From Candidatus Spyradenecus sp. (GTDB taxonomy: Bacteria > Verrucomicrobiota > Kiritimatiellia > RFP12 > DVOR01): a stretch of DNA of 64,000 nt. The number at the start of each line of letters is the position of its first letter. The first letter of the stretch is position 1. Shown here one piece after another: positions 28,098-37,550 of the stretch. The notes beneath the pieces were generated by a model, which did not search any database, had not been told where the DNA came from, and saw only the letters and a program-made list of their open reading frames with translations. The stretch lies in assembly GCA_045613865.1 (NCBI GenBank), contig JAZLBT010000020.1, forward strand, positions 10,661 through 74,660. The letters run 5' to 3'. Both the position numbers and the translations under genes were made by a program.

Positions 28098-29783
28098 TTA
28101 AGGAACAGGGAACTGAATAGCCAAAGCCTTCACCTCTGCACGCACTTGAGCCTGCAAAGCTTCATTCTCTGGATCACGCAAGATGGCAACAATCCAATCG
28201 CCGAGAATATTCATTTCCGCTTCCTTCATACCACGCGTTGTAACGGCGGCAGTACCGATGCGAATACCCGAGCAAACAAATGGCGATTCTGTATCATAAG
28301 GAATCGTATTCTTGTTACAAATAATACCCGCGTTATCCAATGCTGCCGCAGCAACCTTACCCGTTAAACCAGCGGCCTTCACATCAACAAGGAAGAGATG
28401 GTTATCTGTACCACCAGAAACAAGGCGGAAACCTGCATCTTGAATACGCTTTGCAAGCGCTGCTGTATTTGCAACAATCTGTTCAGCATACGCGCGTGCA
28501 TCACGCTGAAGCCATTCGCGGAAGCAAACAGCCTTTGCGGCAATCACATTTTCCAACGGACCACCCTGAAGGCCTGGGAAGACGGCCTTGTTGATAGCGG
28601 CAATATACTTTTCCTTACAAAGGATCAAGCCTGCGCGTGGTCCACGCAATGTCTTGTGCGTCGTTGTTGTCACAAAGTCTGCATAAGGAACAGGCGAGGG
28701 ATGCACACCACCAGCAATCAAACCAGCAATGTGTGCCATATCAACCATCAAGTACGCTCCAACCTTATCTGCAATCGCGCGGAAACGAGCGAAGTCCAAT
28801 TGACGCGGATAAGCAGAAGCACCTGCGAGAATCAACTTCGGCTTCACTTCTTCAGCCAATGCCTCAATCGCATCATAATCCAATGCTTCCGTTGTCTTAT
28901 CAACCGTGTAAGGAACAATATTATAAAGCTTACCCGAGAAATTCACCGGCGAGCCATGACTCAAATGGCCACCCTGGTCCAAGCTCATCGAAAGAATCGT
29001 GTCACCCGGTTGCAAAACCGCGAAGTAAACACCCATATTGGCCGAACTACCACAGTGTGGCTGCACATTTGCAGCTTCTGCACCAAAGAGTTCCTTCGCG
29101 CGTTCAATCGCCAACGTTTCAACCGTATCAACAGGAATACAACCCGAATACCAACGCTTACCCGGATAACCTTCTGCATACTTATTCGTCAAAACCGAAC
29201 CCTGTGCTTCACGTACTGCAGCAGAGGTATAGTTTTCAGAAGCAATCAAGTTAATCGTATCATCCTCTTGATTCACCTGAGCGACGATTGCTGCATGAAC
29301 TTCTGGATCCGCCGCCGCAAGCAACGAAGACTCCGCCAAACGTGCAACACGATCACACTTTGCCAAACGGCGAACATGACGCTCTGCTTCAGAAAAAGGC
29401 GTATCCAACCAAATCTTAAGAGCTGCAAGCGCTTGATCATCATTTAATGTACGTGCAGCAAGAATCACGATATTCGCATTGTTGTGCTCACGCGAAAGAC
29501 GCGCAACATCCTCATCCGTTACGATTGCCGCACGAATACCAGTGAAGCGATTGGAAATAATACTCATCCCAATTCCCGTCGAACAAAGCAAAATACCACG
29601 CTTTACACGACCTTCAAGAACAGCCTCACACACTTGAACAGCAAAATCCGTATAATCATCTGCAGCATTGGTATCAAATGAGCCCACGTCCATCACTGTA
29701 TAGCCCATCATATTCAAAGCAGCAACAAGTTTGCCTTTAAGGACAACACCAGCATGGTCGCAACCAATCGCAATCGTATTCAT
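28098..29783 (-). CDS. glyA: Fusion protein: ribose-5-phosphate isomerase B (N-terminal) plus serine hydroxymethyltransferase (C-terminal)
   Basis: Residues 1-~145 are RpiB/LacAB-like ([24 protein letters not shown]). Residues ~165-561 are full SHMT ([20 protein letters not shown] with the PLP lysine). It is a single uninterrupted ORF. Confidence 0.9.
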   Translation of the reverse strand: MNTIAIGCDHAGVVLKGKLVAALNMMGYTVMDVGSFDTNAADDYTDFAVQVCEAVLEGRVKRGILLCSTGIGMSIISNRFTGIRAAIVTDEDVARLSREHNNANIVILAARTLNDDQALAALKIWLDTPFSEAERHVRRLAKCDRVARLAESSLLAAADPEVHAAIVAQVNQEDDTINLIASENYTSAAVREAQGSVLTNKYAEGYPGKRWYSGCIPVDTVETLAIERAKELFGAEAANVQPHCGSSANMGVYFAVLQPGDTILSMSLDQGGHLSHGSPVNFSGKLYNIVPYTVDKTTEALDYDAIEALAEEVKPKLILAGASAYPRQLDFARFRAIADKVGAYLMVDMAHIAGLIAGGVHPSPVPYADFVTTTTHKTLRGPRAGLILCKEKYIAAINKAVFPGLQGGPLENVIAAKAVCFREWLQRDARAYAEQIVANTAALAKRIQDAGFRLVSGGTDNHLFLVDVKAAGLTGKVAAAALDNAGIICNKNTIPYDTESPFVCSGIRIGTAAVTTRGMKEAEMNILGDWIVAILRDPENEALQAQVRAEVKALAIQFPVP

Positions 29784-29817
29784 AAAACTCCTTTTACGTT
29801 TTGTACTATTGACGTAT

Positions 29818-29823
29818 AGTATA
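29818..29823 (-). promoter_or_regulatory. Candidate -10 element (TATACT) for the rpiB-glyA fusion gene
   Basis: The minus strand reads AAAAAAAAGGTATACT, followed by about a 28-nt leader with AAGGAG 4 nt upstream of the ATG. No convincing -35 is seen. Confidence 0.35.
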
Positions 29824-29892
29824 CCTTTTTTTTGAAAGAAAGTCTAGTCAACGAAAAAATAATATTTATGTGAGGACAAAACGATATAGATA

Positions 29893-29901
29893 TGCTATAC
29901 T
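29893..29901 (+). promoter_or_regulatory. Extended -10 promoter TGCTATACT of the yejB-like gene, in a leaderless configuration
   Basis: TGCTATACT ends 7 nt before the ATG at 29909 and there is no SD sequence in between. Confidence 0.45.
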
Positions 29902-29908
29902 AATTGGC

Positions 29909-30958
29909 ATGAATCGTATACAATACTTAATCCGTCGTCTTACGCTTTTAATCCCAACCTTTATTGGGATTACATTGGTTTGTTTCTTCCTTACACGCAT
30001 TTTGGCAACCTCAAGCGGTGGCCCTGTCGATATGAAACTTGCACAAATGCAAGGTGCTGGTGGCGGTGGTGAAGCTGGTGGTGGCGGCGCCAACATCGTC
30101 CAGCTCGAAGAAGACATGCGCAAACACATTGAAGCCGAATTTGGCTTCGACAAGCCGATTCTCACACAATACTACACATGGGCGATAGAACGCAAACTCG
30201 GCATGGCAGAAAAAAGCTATCGTTTCACCACCAAATCGGCGTGGGAAATGATTAGCGAACGCATCCCTGTTTCGGTATGGTTTGGTATCACGGCCTTCTT
30301 ACTCTCCTACCTCGTTTGCATTCCTCTTGGTATCGCCAAAGCACTCCGCCATGGCTCTCCCTTTGATATTGGTTCTAGTATCATTGTCTTTACTGCCTAT
30401 GCCGTCCCCGCATTCGCAATTGGTATGATCTTAAAAATGTGTTTAAGTGGCACAGTTGAAGGCTTGTGGGACGTCTTCCCCCTCGGTGGATTCGAATCCC
30501 CTGAAGCGGCAAAGATTGGCGGTTGGACCCTCTTTTGGGATCGCGCCTATCACATGGTACTCCCTGTCATTTCCTACGTCATGACCTCCTTCGCGCTCCT
30601 CACCATCATGATGAAAAACTCCTTGATGGAACAAATGAGCTCCGAATATGTGCGTACCGTTTTAGCAAAGGGTGCTGCACGCCGTCGTGCCATTTGGTGC
30701 CACGCACTTCGCAATGCACTCATCCCCATTGCAACGGGCTTTGGTGGCGTGCTTGGCGTTCTCTTCGCAGGCTCCATGATTATCGAAACCCTCTTCGAAA
30801 TCCCTGGCATGGGCCAGCTCTCACTCGAATCCCTCCTTCGCCAAGACTACCCCGTCTTCATGGCAATGGTCGTTATTACCGCATCGATCCAACTTGTTGG
30901 CAACCTTATCTCCGACTTCTGCTACATGTTGATCGACCCGCGTATCCATTTCGATTAA
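29909..30958 (+). CDS. ABC transporter permease, YejB/OppB family
   Basis: Binding-protein-dependent transport permease fold. The N-terminus IQYLIRRLTLLIPTFIGITLVCFFL and the C-terminus LIDPRIHF resemble YejB. It has a Gly-rich insert GAGGGGEAGGGGAN. Start set to ATG 29909. Confidence 0.8.
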   Translation: MNRIQYLIRRLTLLIPTFIGITLVCFFLTRILATSSGGPVDMKLAQMQGAGGGGEAGGGGANIVQLEEDMRKHIEAEFGFDKPILTQYYTWAIERKLGMAEKSYRFTTKSAWEMISERIPVSVWFGITAFLLSYLVCIPLGIAKALRHGSPFDIGSSIIVFTAYAVPAFAIGMILKMCLSGTVEGLWDVFPLGGFESPEAAKIGGWTLFWDRAYHMVLPVISYVMTSFALLTIMMKNSLMEQMSSEYVRTVLAKGAARRRAIWCHALRNALIPIATGFGGVLGVLFAGSMIIETLFEIPGMGQLSLESLLRQDYPVFMAMVVITASIQLVGNLISDFCYMLIDPRIHFD

Positions 30959-30983
30959 TCCCAACTCGGCGGTTGATTTTCAT

Positions 30984-32459
30984 ATGAATGACATCCTCCG
31001 CGAAAAACTCAAACACCTTCCTGAAAAGCCCGGTTGCTATCTCTATCGCGACCGGGCTGGTATTATTATCTACGTGGGTAAAGCCGTCAACCTTCGCCGT
31101 CGCGTACAAAGCTACTTTCGCACCTCAACCCTTCGTACTGCACCACCCAAGCTCCGAAGCCTCATCCACCACGTACACGACCTTGAGATTCGCGAAGTCC
31201 GCACCGAAGCAGAAGCACTCCTCACCGAAAGTCACCTCATCAAAACCTATCGCCCGCGCTTTAACATCCTCCTACGCGACGACAAACGCTACCTGGCCCT
31301 CCGCGCCGACCCCAAACAACCCTTTCCACGCTTCACCACCTGCCGCATTATGCGTGAAGACGGCGCCTATTACTTCGGCCCCTTTCCCTCTTCCACCGTC
31401 GTTCGCGCAGCACTGGACTTTACTGAAAAACGTTTTGGTCTAAGGAAATGTAACAGTCTCCATCCCTGTCCAGAAGACCATACCCACTGCATGGCTGACA
31501 TCATTCGCTACTGTTCAGCGCCTTGCCTTGGACGCATCAACGAAACCGACTACCAGCAACGCTTTGAAGACGCCTGTGCATTTCTCCGAGGCGAACGCCC
31601 TGCCATCGTGAAAGAACTTCACCAACAAATGCTTCAAGCTGCAGAAAAAGAAGACTTTGAGCGTGCTGCAAGACTCCGCGATACGTGGCTTGCCCTCAAA
31701 TCCCTTCTCCGCGACCAAGCCCGCGTGCGCCTTCGTCCCACGTTACCAAAACCCACTGCCGCCGAAGGCCTACAAGAACTCGCCACACTTCTCCAACTTC
31801 CCCATCCCCCACACATCATTGAGTGCTTTGACATCTCCCACCTTATGGGTACACACACCGTGGCCTCCATGGTTGCAGCCGTCGATGGCGTTCCAGACAA
31901 ACGTCGCTACCGTCGTTTCCGTATTCGCACCGTCACCAACGACGATCCCCACGCAATGGCAGAAGTCATCCGTCGCCACATTACCCGACTCCAAAGTGAA
32001 GGTACCCCCACCCCAGATCTCATCCTCTGCGACGGTGCACAACTCCAAGTCCAAGCCACACGCGATGTCCTTAAAGAACTCAATGTTGACCACCTCATTC
32101 CCGTTGCAGGTCTCAACGAACATTTTGAAGAAATCGTCCTTGGCCAAGGGCGACCGAATATCATTCTTCCCCGCTCCTCCAAAGCGCTCCAAATCCTCAT
32201 GCACCTTCGCGATGAAGCCCATCGCTTCGCCATCACCTTCAACCGCAATCTCCGACTCCGAGCCATAAAAGAATCCATCCTTGACGAAATTCCAGGCATT
32301 GGTCCCATTCGCAAGCGGAGTCTTCTCAAAGCCTTTGGCTCCATCCGACGCCTAGCTGCTGCAGATGAAGCCACCATTGCCCAACATCCTGGCATCCCGC
32401 CACCCCTTGCAAAAGTTATTAAGAGAGCCCTTCAAGCTCGTATCATCGACCCCGATTAA
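30984..32459 (+). CDS. uvrC: Excinuclease ABC subunit C
   Basis: GIY-YIG domain (PGCYLYRD..IIYVGKAVNLRRRV), UVR motif (EDFERAARLRD), an RNase H-like endonuclease domain and a C-terminal (HhH)2 (IPGIGPIRKRSLLKAFGS). At 491 aa it is shorter than the usual ~600. Confidence 0.88.
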   Translation: MNDILREKLKHLPEKPGCYLYRDRAGIIIYVGKAVNLRRRVQSYFRTSTLRTAPPKLRSLIHHVHDLEIREVRTEAEALLTESHLIKTYRPRFNILLRDDKRYLALRADPKQPFPRFTTCRIMREDGAYYFGPFPSSTVVRAALDFTEKRFGLRKCNSLHPCPEDHTHCMADIIRYCSAPCLGRINETDYQQRFEDACAFLRGERPAIVKELHQQMLQAAEKEDFERAARLRDTWLALKSLLRDQARVRLRPTLPKPTAAEGLQELATLLQLPHPPHIIECFDISHLMGTHTVASMVAAVDGVPDKRRYRRFRIRTVTNDDPHAMAEVIRRHITRLQSEGTPTPDLILCDGAQLQVQATRDVLKELNVDHLIPVAGLNEHFEEIVLGQGRPNIILPRSSKALQILMHLRDEAHRFAITFNRNLRLRAIKESILDEIPGIGPIRKRSLLKAFGSIRRLAAADEATIAQHPGIPPPLAKVIKRALQARIIDPD

Positions 32460-32470
32460 AGGAGCCCCTT

Positions 32471-32935
32471 ATGTCCACCCAAGTCATTCTCAAACTTCAT
32501 GGTAAACTTACCCCACCCCTACAAAAGAAACGCCTCCAAGCCGCCGCCGAATACTGCGTCCGTGCCGCACAACGCTGGAGTTGTCCCAATACCCCTTGGC
32601 AAGAAGTCACCATCCACCTCATCCATGATGACGTGAGTGAGAAAGTCAACGCGGCCATTATGGCACACCAAGGTCCCACCGACGTCATCACCCAACGCTA
32701 TGAACCCTTCCCTGGCGAACCAGAAGGCCTCATCGGCGAACTTTATGTCAATCTTGACGAAGCGCTTCGCGTCAGCCAACGCCTCAAACGCACCACCTTT
32801 GAAGAAGAAGTCCTCCTCTACATCGCCCATGGATGCGACCACCTCACCGATGCAGACGATGCAACGCCACCCGAACGCGCCGCGATGCGCCGTCGAGACC
32901 TCCGCTGGATGCACGCCGCCCTCGCAATACTCTAA
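32471..32935 (+). CDS. ybeY: rRNA maturation endoribonuclease YbeY
   Basis: 154 aa. The metal-binding region AHGCDHLTDADD aligns with the HGxLHLxGxDH motif, with the third His position occupied by Asp. Confidence 0.75.
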   Translation: MSTQVILKLHGKLTPPLQKKRLQAAAEYCVRAAQRWSCPNTPWQEVTIHLIHDDVSEKVNAAIMAHQGPTDVITQRYEPFPGEPEGLIGELYVNLDEALRVSQRLKRTTFEEEVLLYIAHGCDHLTDADDATPPERAAMRRRDLRWMHAALAIL

Positions 32936-33110
32936 CCCCTCACACGCGCCCATATCCGACATAAAATTACCAGACTCAATCAATCCCACCATCATTTTCA
33001 ATTTTCGAAATTCCTAAAAAATTTACAACTTTTCTAGGAAAAATCATAACCCTTTGATTTTACAACATACTAAGACGAACTTTTTGAAACTTTAATCTTT
33101 CCTAAAAACA

Positions 33111-33226
33111 CTCAAATTGAAAACAATAGATTTTGATCCTCAAATCAATAGGGTTTGAGCTTCAAATCAATAGGGTTTGAATCTCAAATCAATAGGGTTT
33201 GAATCTCAAATCAATAGGCTTCATTT
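33111..33226 (+). repeat. Tandem array of five 22-bp iteron-like units
   Basis: CAATAG cores start at 33124, 33146, 33168, 33190 and 33212, an exact 22-bp phase. The consensus is CTCAAATCAATAGGGTTTGAAT with an internal dyad TCAAA-N9-TTTGA. The first and last units are degenerate. Confidence 0.8.
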
Positions 33227-33385
33227 TTCAACCGATTGTACTATAGGCGAGAGCGAAACATTTTCCATAAATATTGCCACTCCAATCTTTTTGCGAACCT
33301 TTTTTCCACGCTCTAAATGGATAGTAAAAATGGTCAAATCCTACTATGACACCCCTAAGAAATAGAATAAAATGAGTTATATTGA

Positions 33386-33429
33386 AACAATAAGCTTTGA
33401 ATGTTAAAACGATACGGTTTGATTTTCAA
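33386..33429 (+). repeat. Degenerate pair of the same 22-bp units
   Basis: ACAATAAGCTTTGA and ACGATACGGTTTGA have cores 22 bp apart (33388 and 33410). They are followed by GATTTTCAAAG, which resembles the element left end. Confidence 0.4.
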
Positions 33430-33644
33430 AGAAGGAAGAGGTGAAATTTAGACGTTATCAACAAGAAAACAAAGTTATAAAAAGGCTCTCTTTTTATACT
33501 TCATTCATCGCTTTACTAATGACGTTATCAATTATGTTTTATAGTGAATTCTTCGTTTTAAATTTAATCGATCATTAGAAACAATTTTCTCGACCCTACC
33601 CTACGAATTCTTAATGCACCATTTTATCATCTCTTGCTAAAAGC

Positions 33645-33669
33645 AAAAAGCTCCCGCGGAAGCGAGAGC
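33645..33669 (-). terminator. Rho-independent terminator after panD
   Basis: On the minus strand, GCTCTCGC-TTCC-GCGGGAGC (8-bp stem with one G-U) is followed by TTTTT. It lies about 30 nt past the panD stop. Confidence 0.65.
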
Positions 33670-33697
33670 TTTTACATTTCATCACTAGAATGATTGA

Positions 33698-34072
33698 TTA
33701 GTAGGCTTTTGCAACGATCGTATTGTTTTCATCCAAACGGACAACTTTTGGGCAATGCGCAGGCACATCATCTTGATCTACCTGTGCAAAGGCCATCACA
33801 ATCAAACGATCGCCGACAGAGCCCATATAGGCTGCTGCACCATTGAGACATGCAATGCGCGATCCACGAGGACCGGGAATTGCATAAGTTTCAAAGCGCT
33901 GAGCGCTATCAAGGTTTGCAATCAAAACTTTTTCATATGTAACAATGCCAACAGCATCCATAATATCTTCATCGATCGTAATGGAGCCAAGATATTCTTT
34001 GTCGGCTTGTGTTACGCGAAGATGGTGAAGTTTCGCATGAAGAAGTGTAAGTGTCATTTTATTTCTTCTCAT
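33698..34072 (-). CDS. panD: Aspartate 1-decarboxylase
   Basis: 124 aa with the self-processing site YLGSITID and a typical N-terminal LLHAKLHHLRVT. An alternative start is ATG 34057. Confidence 0.9.
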   Translation of the reverse strand: MRRNKMTLTLLHAKLHHLRVTQADKEYLGSITIDEDIMDAVGIVTYEKVLIANLDSAQRFETYAIPGPRGSRIACLNGAAAYMGSVGDRLIVMAFAQVDQDDVPAHCPKVVRLDENNTIVAKAY

Positions 34073-34075
34073 TTA

Positions 34076-37000
34076 TTAGTTAGGATGATTCCAACGATAG
34101 GTGTGAGGGGCAAAAATCTTTTGATCTTGTTTTGCCTTTTTCACTTCAAGGCGAAGGGTGTCGATTGCAGCATCGAGCTGTGGATCGCGACCTGCAACGG
34201 TATCGCCGGGAGTATTTTCTACAATTACATCAGGGATTGCACCATGGAGTTCCATGTCGGTGCCATCAAGGGTGTACCAACCATAGTGAGCATGGCGAAG
34301 TGTACCAAAATCAAGTAATGGGAGGTCAAAGGTTGCAATGACGCCACCATTCGTTTGAATACCAACGAGTTTTCCTCGACCAAGTTGTTTAATGGCGTGA
34401 GAGAAGATTTCACCATTAGAAACTGTATTTTGATTACAAAGCACAACGATGGGACGGTCAAAGACTGGGCGACCCCAGTAGCCTGCGAGATACGCAGGTT
34501 GACCATAGCGAGCGACAGACCAAGAGTGACGCTGTACACCGAGAATGTTGAGCACGCGGTCTGCCGTGAAGCCACCAGTGTTGTCGCGAACGTCGATAAT
34601 CATGCCGTCTTTATCAAAGCCTTCAGCAAAGACTTGACGTTCAAAGTTATAGTATTCGTCGTCATTCATCTTCGAGATTTTGACGTAGCCGAACTCACCA
34701 TTAGAGACTTTATGAACGTAGTCTTGACGCTTTGCGTACATCGCATCTAAAACAAGTTCACGTGCACGTGCATAGGAAATCGCTTCAATAAAGACGCGAC
34801 GCTCGAAACCTTCCTTATTGCGGACGGTGACAACGTATTTACCTAAGGTCGGGCCATTGAGGATCAACGTTGGGTCAACGCCATTCCGGATTGGACGGCC
34901 ATCAATTGAAACAACAACCTCTCCTGGCTGAATTGCAATTTGCGAGGAGTCGGCAGGGCCTCCGGGGATGACGCTTTTCACGAGCCAGCCTTCTTCACCC
35001 TCGTAATTCGAATCAAAAATGATGCCGAGGTGAGAGGTGACAGGTTGCCATGTGTCTGTAGAGCCACTCTTTGAGCCCCAAAGTTTCGTCGATGTTTCGT
35101 TATCGTAGAAACCGAGATGCGAAGCGTTAAGTTCACCATGCAACGAGGCAATAATACGACGGAATACCGAGCGCGAGGGCGCATAGCGTGCCGGGGCTTG
35201 ATATTTTAAACGCATTGCTTCCCAATCCGCACCATGGAAGTTTGGATCATAGAAAACATCACGAAGAGTTCCCCAAATGGAGAGGAAGACCAATTCCTGA
35301 TAATCTTCCATATTGAGGTTTTGATAGACACGGAAGGGGTGATTCTCATTGTCTGTTGCAATCTTGTTATCGGATGTACGCCAAACAAGTCGGTTACCAA
35401 ACCAAGCGACAGGGAAGCCCCAACGATCTGAGATTAAACGTGGCTGTGTTTGTTTAGGAAGAACGATTTCGTAAGTGCCAGGCTTACCATTGATTGTCGC
35501 GGGGAAGGTCACACGGCGAGAGTCAGGAGCAAAGGTTGGTGCGCCTGCATCCGGCACGCGAATGGCGTGAACACGTTCGTGGAGGTTCGCGAAATCAATT
35601 TGGATGCCAGGCTCTTCTTGTGTTGCCGTCGTTGCATTTGCGGCAGAATCAGAGGCGTTAACAGACGTTGCGCGAAGAATAGAGACTGCTTCCGCACGAT
35701 CGTTAATCGAGAGACCCATACGTTCAATTGCTTGACAATATTCCTGCGCCTTGAGAACTTCCTCATCCTTCGCAGAGAGCCATACATAGAAGAAGGTACG
35801 TCCCGAGTCAGAACGAAGACCCGTCCATGCCACGATTTTTCCATCTGGCGACCAAACAGGTACACCGTCCCACGAGAAATTACGCGAGATGTTATAAGCT
35901 TCAGCCTTTACATCATCAATAGGGAGAATCCAAACATCAGCGTTGGCATAATCGTCTTCAAGTGTAGCAACGATCCATTTACCATCTGGCGACCAATCAT
36001 AGTCGTTCACACTCTTTACAACCGGGAAGCGACGAATAACGTTACCTTCAAGATCTGCAATGACAAGGCGGCTACCAGCTTCAACCCATGCCATACGATC
36101 ACCCTTCGGGGCGATTGTCAATTTACGACGACGAACGCTGTCATCTATAAGAGCGCGGACATGGAAGTTGGTATTTTCCCACCAGAAGTGTATCGGGTTT
36201 GCTTTTTCTGCAACAAGCAATGCAACGTTATCACCACGGTCAGAGAAGAAGTAGAGACGCGAACCATCTTTGGAGAAGACACAATCGCGTTCTTGTGTAC
36301 GCGAATCGCCATAAACGAGGTGAGGTTCACGTAAGACGGAATCCATTACATAGAGGTCGCCACCAGTTGTGAAGGCAAATTCAAGACCATTCGATGTTGC
36401 CGTCAAACCGCCAACCGCATCTGCATTGTTGAGCGAATCAAACATGCGACGACGATTTTCCTTCGTCAGATTACCTGTATCTTTCGAACGGAGGGTAATC
36501 TTCTTCGGTTCTGCAGGAGCATCCGTCGGGTCAATTGCATAGAAGTAAAGACCTTGACGGAAGACCATCACATCGCCATCTTTTGACAAAGACGGCTGAA
36601 TAACACCATCGCCCTTAAAGAAGGTAACCTGATGTTGTGTCGCACCCTTGAATTCGCGATACCAAATATTACCAGTGCCACCTTGACCAGAAACGTAGTA
36701 GAAACCTTTACCATCTGGGGCCCAAATCGGCCAACGGCTTTCGGTTTGTTCTTTGACCATCAACCAAAAAGCACTCGTGTGCGTATCATAACACCAAATG
36801 CGAGCGACATTTTCACCTGTCGTACCCTTGCGATAGAGGTCTTCACCTTCTTGTGTAAAGAGGATGTAACGACCATCAGGGGAGACAGAAGGATCTGAGG
36901 CAGGCGCATCAAAAAGACACTTCTCTGTCGCACGCTTATTCACTGGCAACCAAGCTAAACGTGCAAGGTCAAAAACAGAACCTTCAAAGTCACGATAGAT

Positions 37001-37537
37001 TGAACAGAGCAACTTTTCGCCATCATTCGACCATGCATAAGGAACTTCGCCTTCTGAGTGGAAGCCGACTTGTTGGGCGACAGAACCCTCTTCAATATTT
37101 GCAACATAGGTATGCCATGCACCACTACGATTTGAATGGAAGGCAAAGCGCTTACCATCGGGAGAAACGAGCGGCCAAACGTCTTGACCAACCGAATTCT
37201 GTAAAACACGTGCCGTACCACCTTCTACAGGAGCAATCCAAATGGTGTCACACCACTCAAACAAGAAATTCTCACCGTCCGGTAAAACGGATGGACGTGA
37301 GGCCATATAAATTTCATTTGGATCAAAGCCTTCAGGCATGGGGGCTTCTTTTGGACGGCAAGACCAAATAGGACGCCCAACTTCAGCAAGAGACCGCGCG
37401 GCACTTTCAGAAACTTCACTCCGGCTCATTGTTCCTGTTGTCGAAGAATAAGATGGCAATGGAATACTTGATGCCATTGCCATCGTACTACAAACAACGG
37501 CAAGTGAAGCAAGTGCGTTCTTGAATTTAAAATCCAT
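34076..37537 (-). CDS. Tricorn-like protease (TolB-type beta-propellers + PDZ + S41 peptidase)
   Basis: About 1150 aa with a signal peptide (MDFKFKNALASLAVVCSTMAMA), repeated WxPDG propeller motifs, and a C-terminal tail-specific protease region (DVRDNTGG). Start set to ATG 37537 with AAGGAG upstream; the track ORF extension overlaps the upstream ABC gene. Confidence 0.82.
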   Translation of the reverse strand: MDFKFKNALASLAVVCSTMAMASSIPLPSYSSTTGTMSRSEVSESAARSLAEVGRPIWSCRPKEAPMPEGFDPNEIYMASRPSVLPDGENFLFEWCDTIWIAPVEGGTARVLQNSVGQDVWPLVSPDGKRFAFHSNRSGAWHTYVANIEEGSVAQQVGFHSEGEVPYAWSNDGEKLLCSIYRDFEGSVFDLARLAWLPVNKRATEKCLFDAPASDPSVSPDGRYILFTQEGEDLYRKGTTGENVARIWCYDTHTSAFWLMVKEQTESRWPIWAPDGKGFYYVSGQGGTGNIWYREFKGATQHQVTFFKGDGVIQPSLSKDGDVMVFRQGLYFYAIDPTDAPAEPKKITLRSKDTGNLTKENRRRMFDSLNNADAVGGLTATSNGLEFAFTTGGDLYVMDSVLREPHLVYGDSRTQERDCVFSKDGSRLYFFSDRGDNVALLVAEKANPIHFWWENTNFHVRALIDDSVRRRKLTIAPKGDRMAWVEAGSRLVIADLEGNVIRRFPVVKSVNDYDWSPDGKWIVATLEDDYANADVWILPIDDVKAEAYNISRNFSWDGVPVWSPDGKIVAWTGLRSDSGRTFFYVWLSAKDEEVLKAQEYCQAIERMGLSINDRAEAVSILRATSVNASDSAANATTATQEEPGIQIDFANLHERVHAIRVPDAGAPTFAPDSRRVTFPATINGKPGTYEIVLPKQTQPRLISDRWGFPVAWFGNRLVWRTSDNKIATDNENHPFRVYQNLNMEDYQELVFLSIWGTLRDVFYDPNFHGADWEAMRLKYQAPARYAPSRSVFRRIIASLHGELNASHLGFYDNETSTKLWGSKSGSTDTWQPVTSHLGIIFDSNYEGEEGWLVKSVIPGGPADSSQIAIQPGEVVVSIDGRPIRNGVDPTLILNGPTLGKYVVTVRNKEGFERRVFIEAISYARARELVLDAMYAKRQDYVHKVSNGEFGYVKISKMNDDEYYNFERQVFAEGFDKDGMIIDVRDNTGGFTADRVLNILGVQRHSWSVARYGQPAYLAGYWGRPVFDRPIVVLCNQNTVSNGEIFSHAIKQLGRGKLVGIQTNGGVIATFDLPLLDFGTLRHAHYGWYTLDGTDMELHGAIPDVIVENTPGDTVAGRDPQLDAAIDTLRLEVKKAKQDQKIFAPHTYRWNHPN

Positions 37538-37550
37538 AAAAAGTCGCTCC

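Noticed and set aside
33111-33226. Possible CRISPR array.
   Set aside because: The units are contiguous with a 22-bp period and have no unique spacers between them. No cas genes or leader are present.
33177-33365. 62-aa plus-strand ORF in the ybeY-panD spacer.
   Set aside because: It starts inside the tandem 22-bp repeats, so its N-terminus is just translated repeat. It has no SD and an odd composition.
32936-33697. Chromosomal oriC or dif site in the AT-rich gene-free spacer.
   Set aside because: Only one 8/9 DnaA-box-like sequence is present (TTATCAACA at about 33455, part of an 11-mer GACGTTATCAA repeated 70 bp later). There is no cluster of boxes and no dnaA/dnaN nearby. Nothing resembles the XerC/D dif consensus. 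Gene orientation does not switch in the way expected at an origin or terminus.
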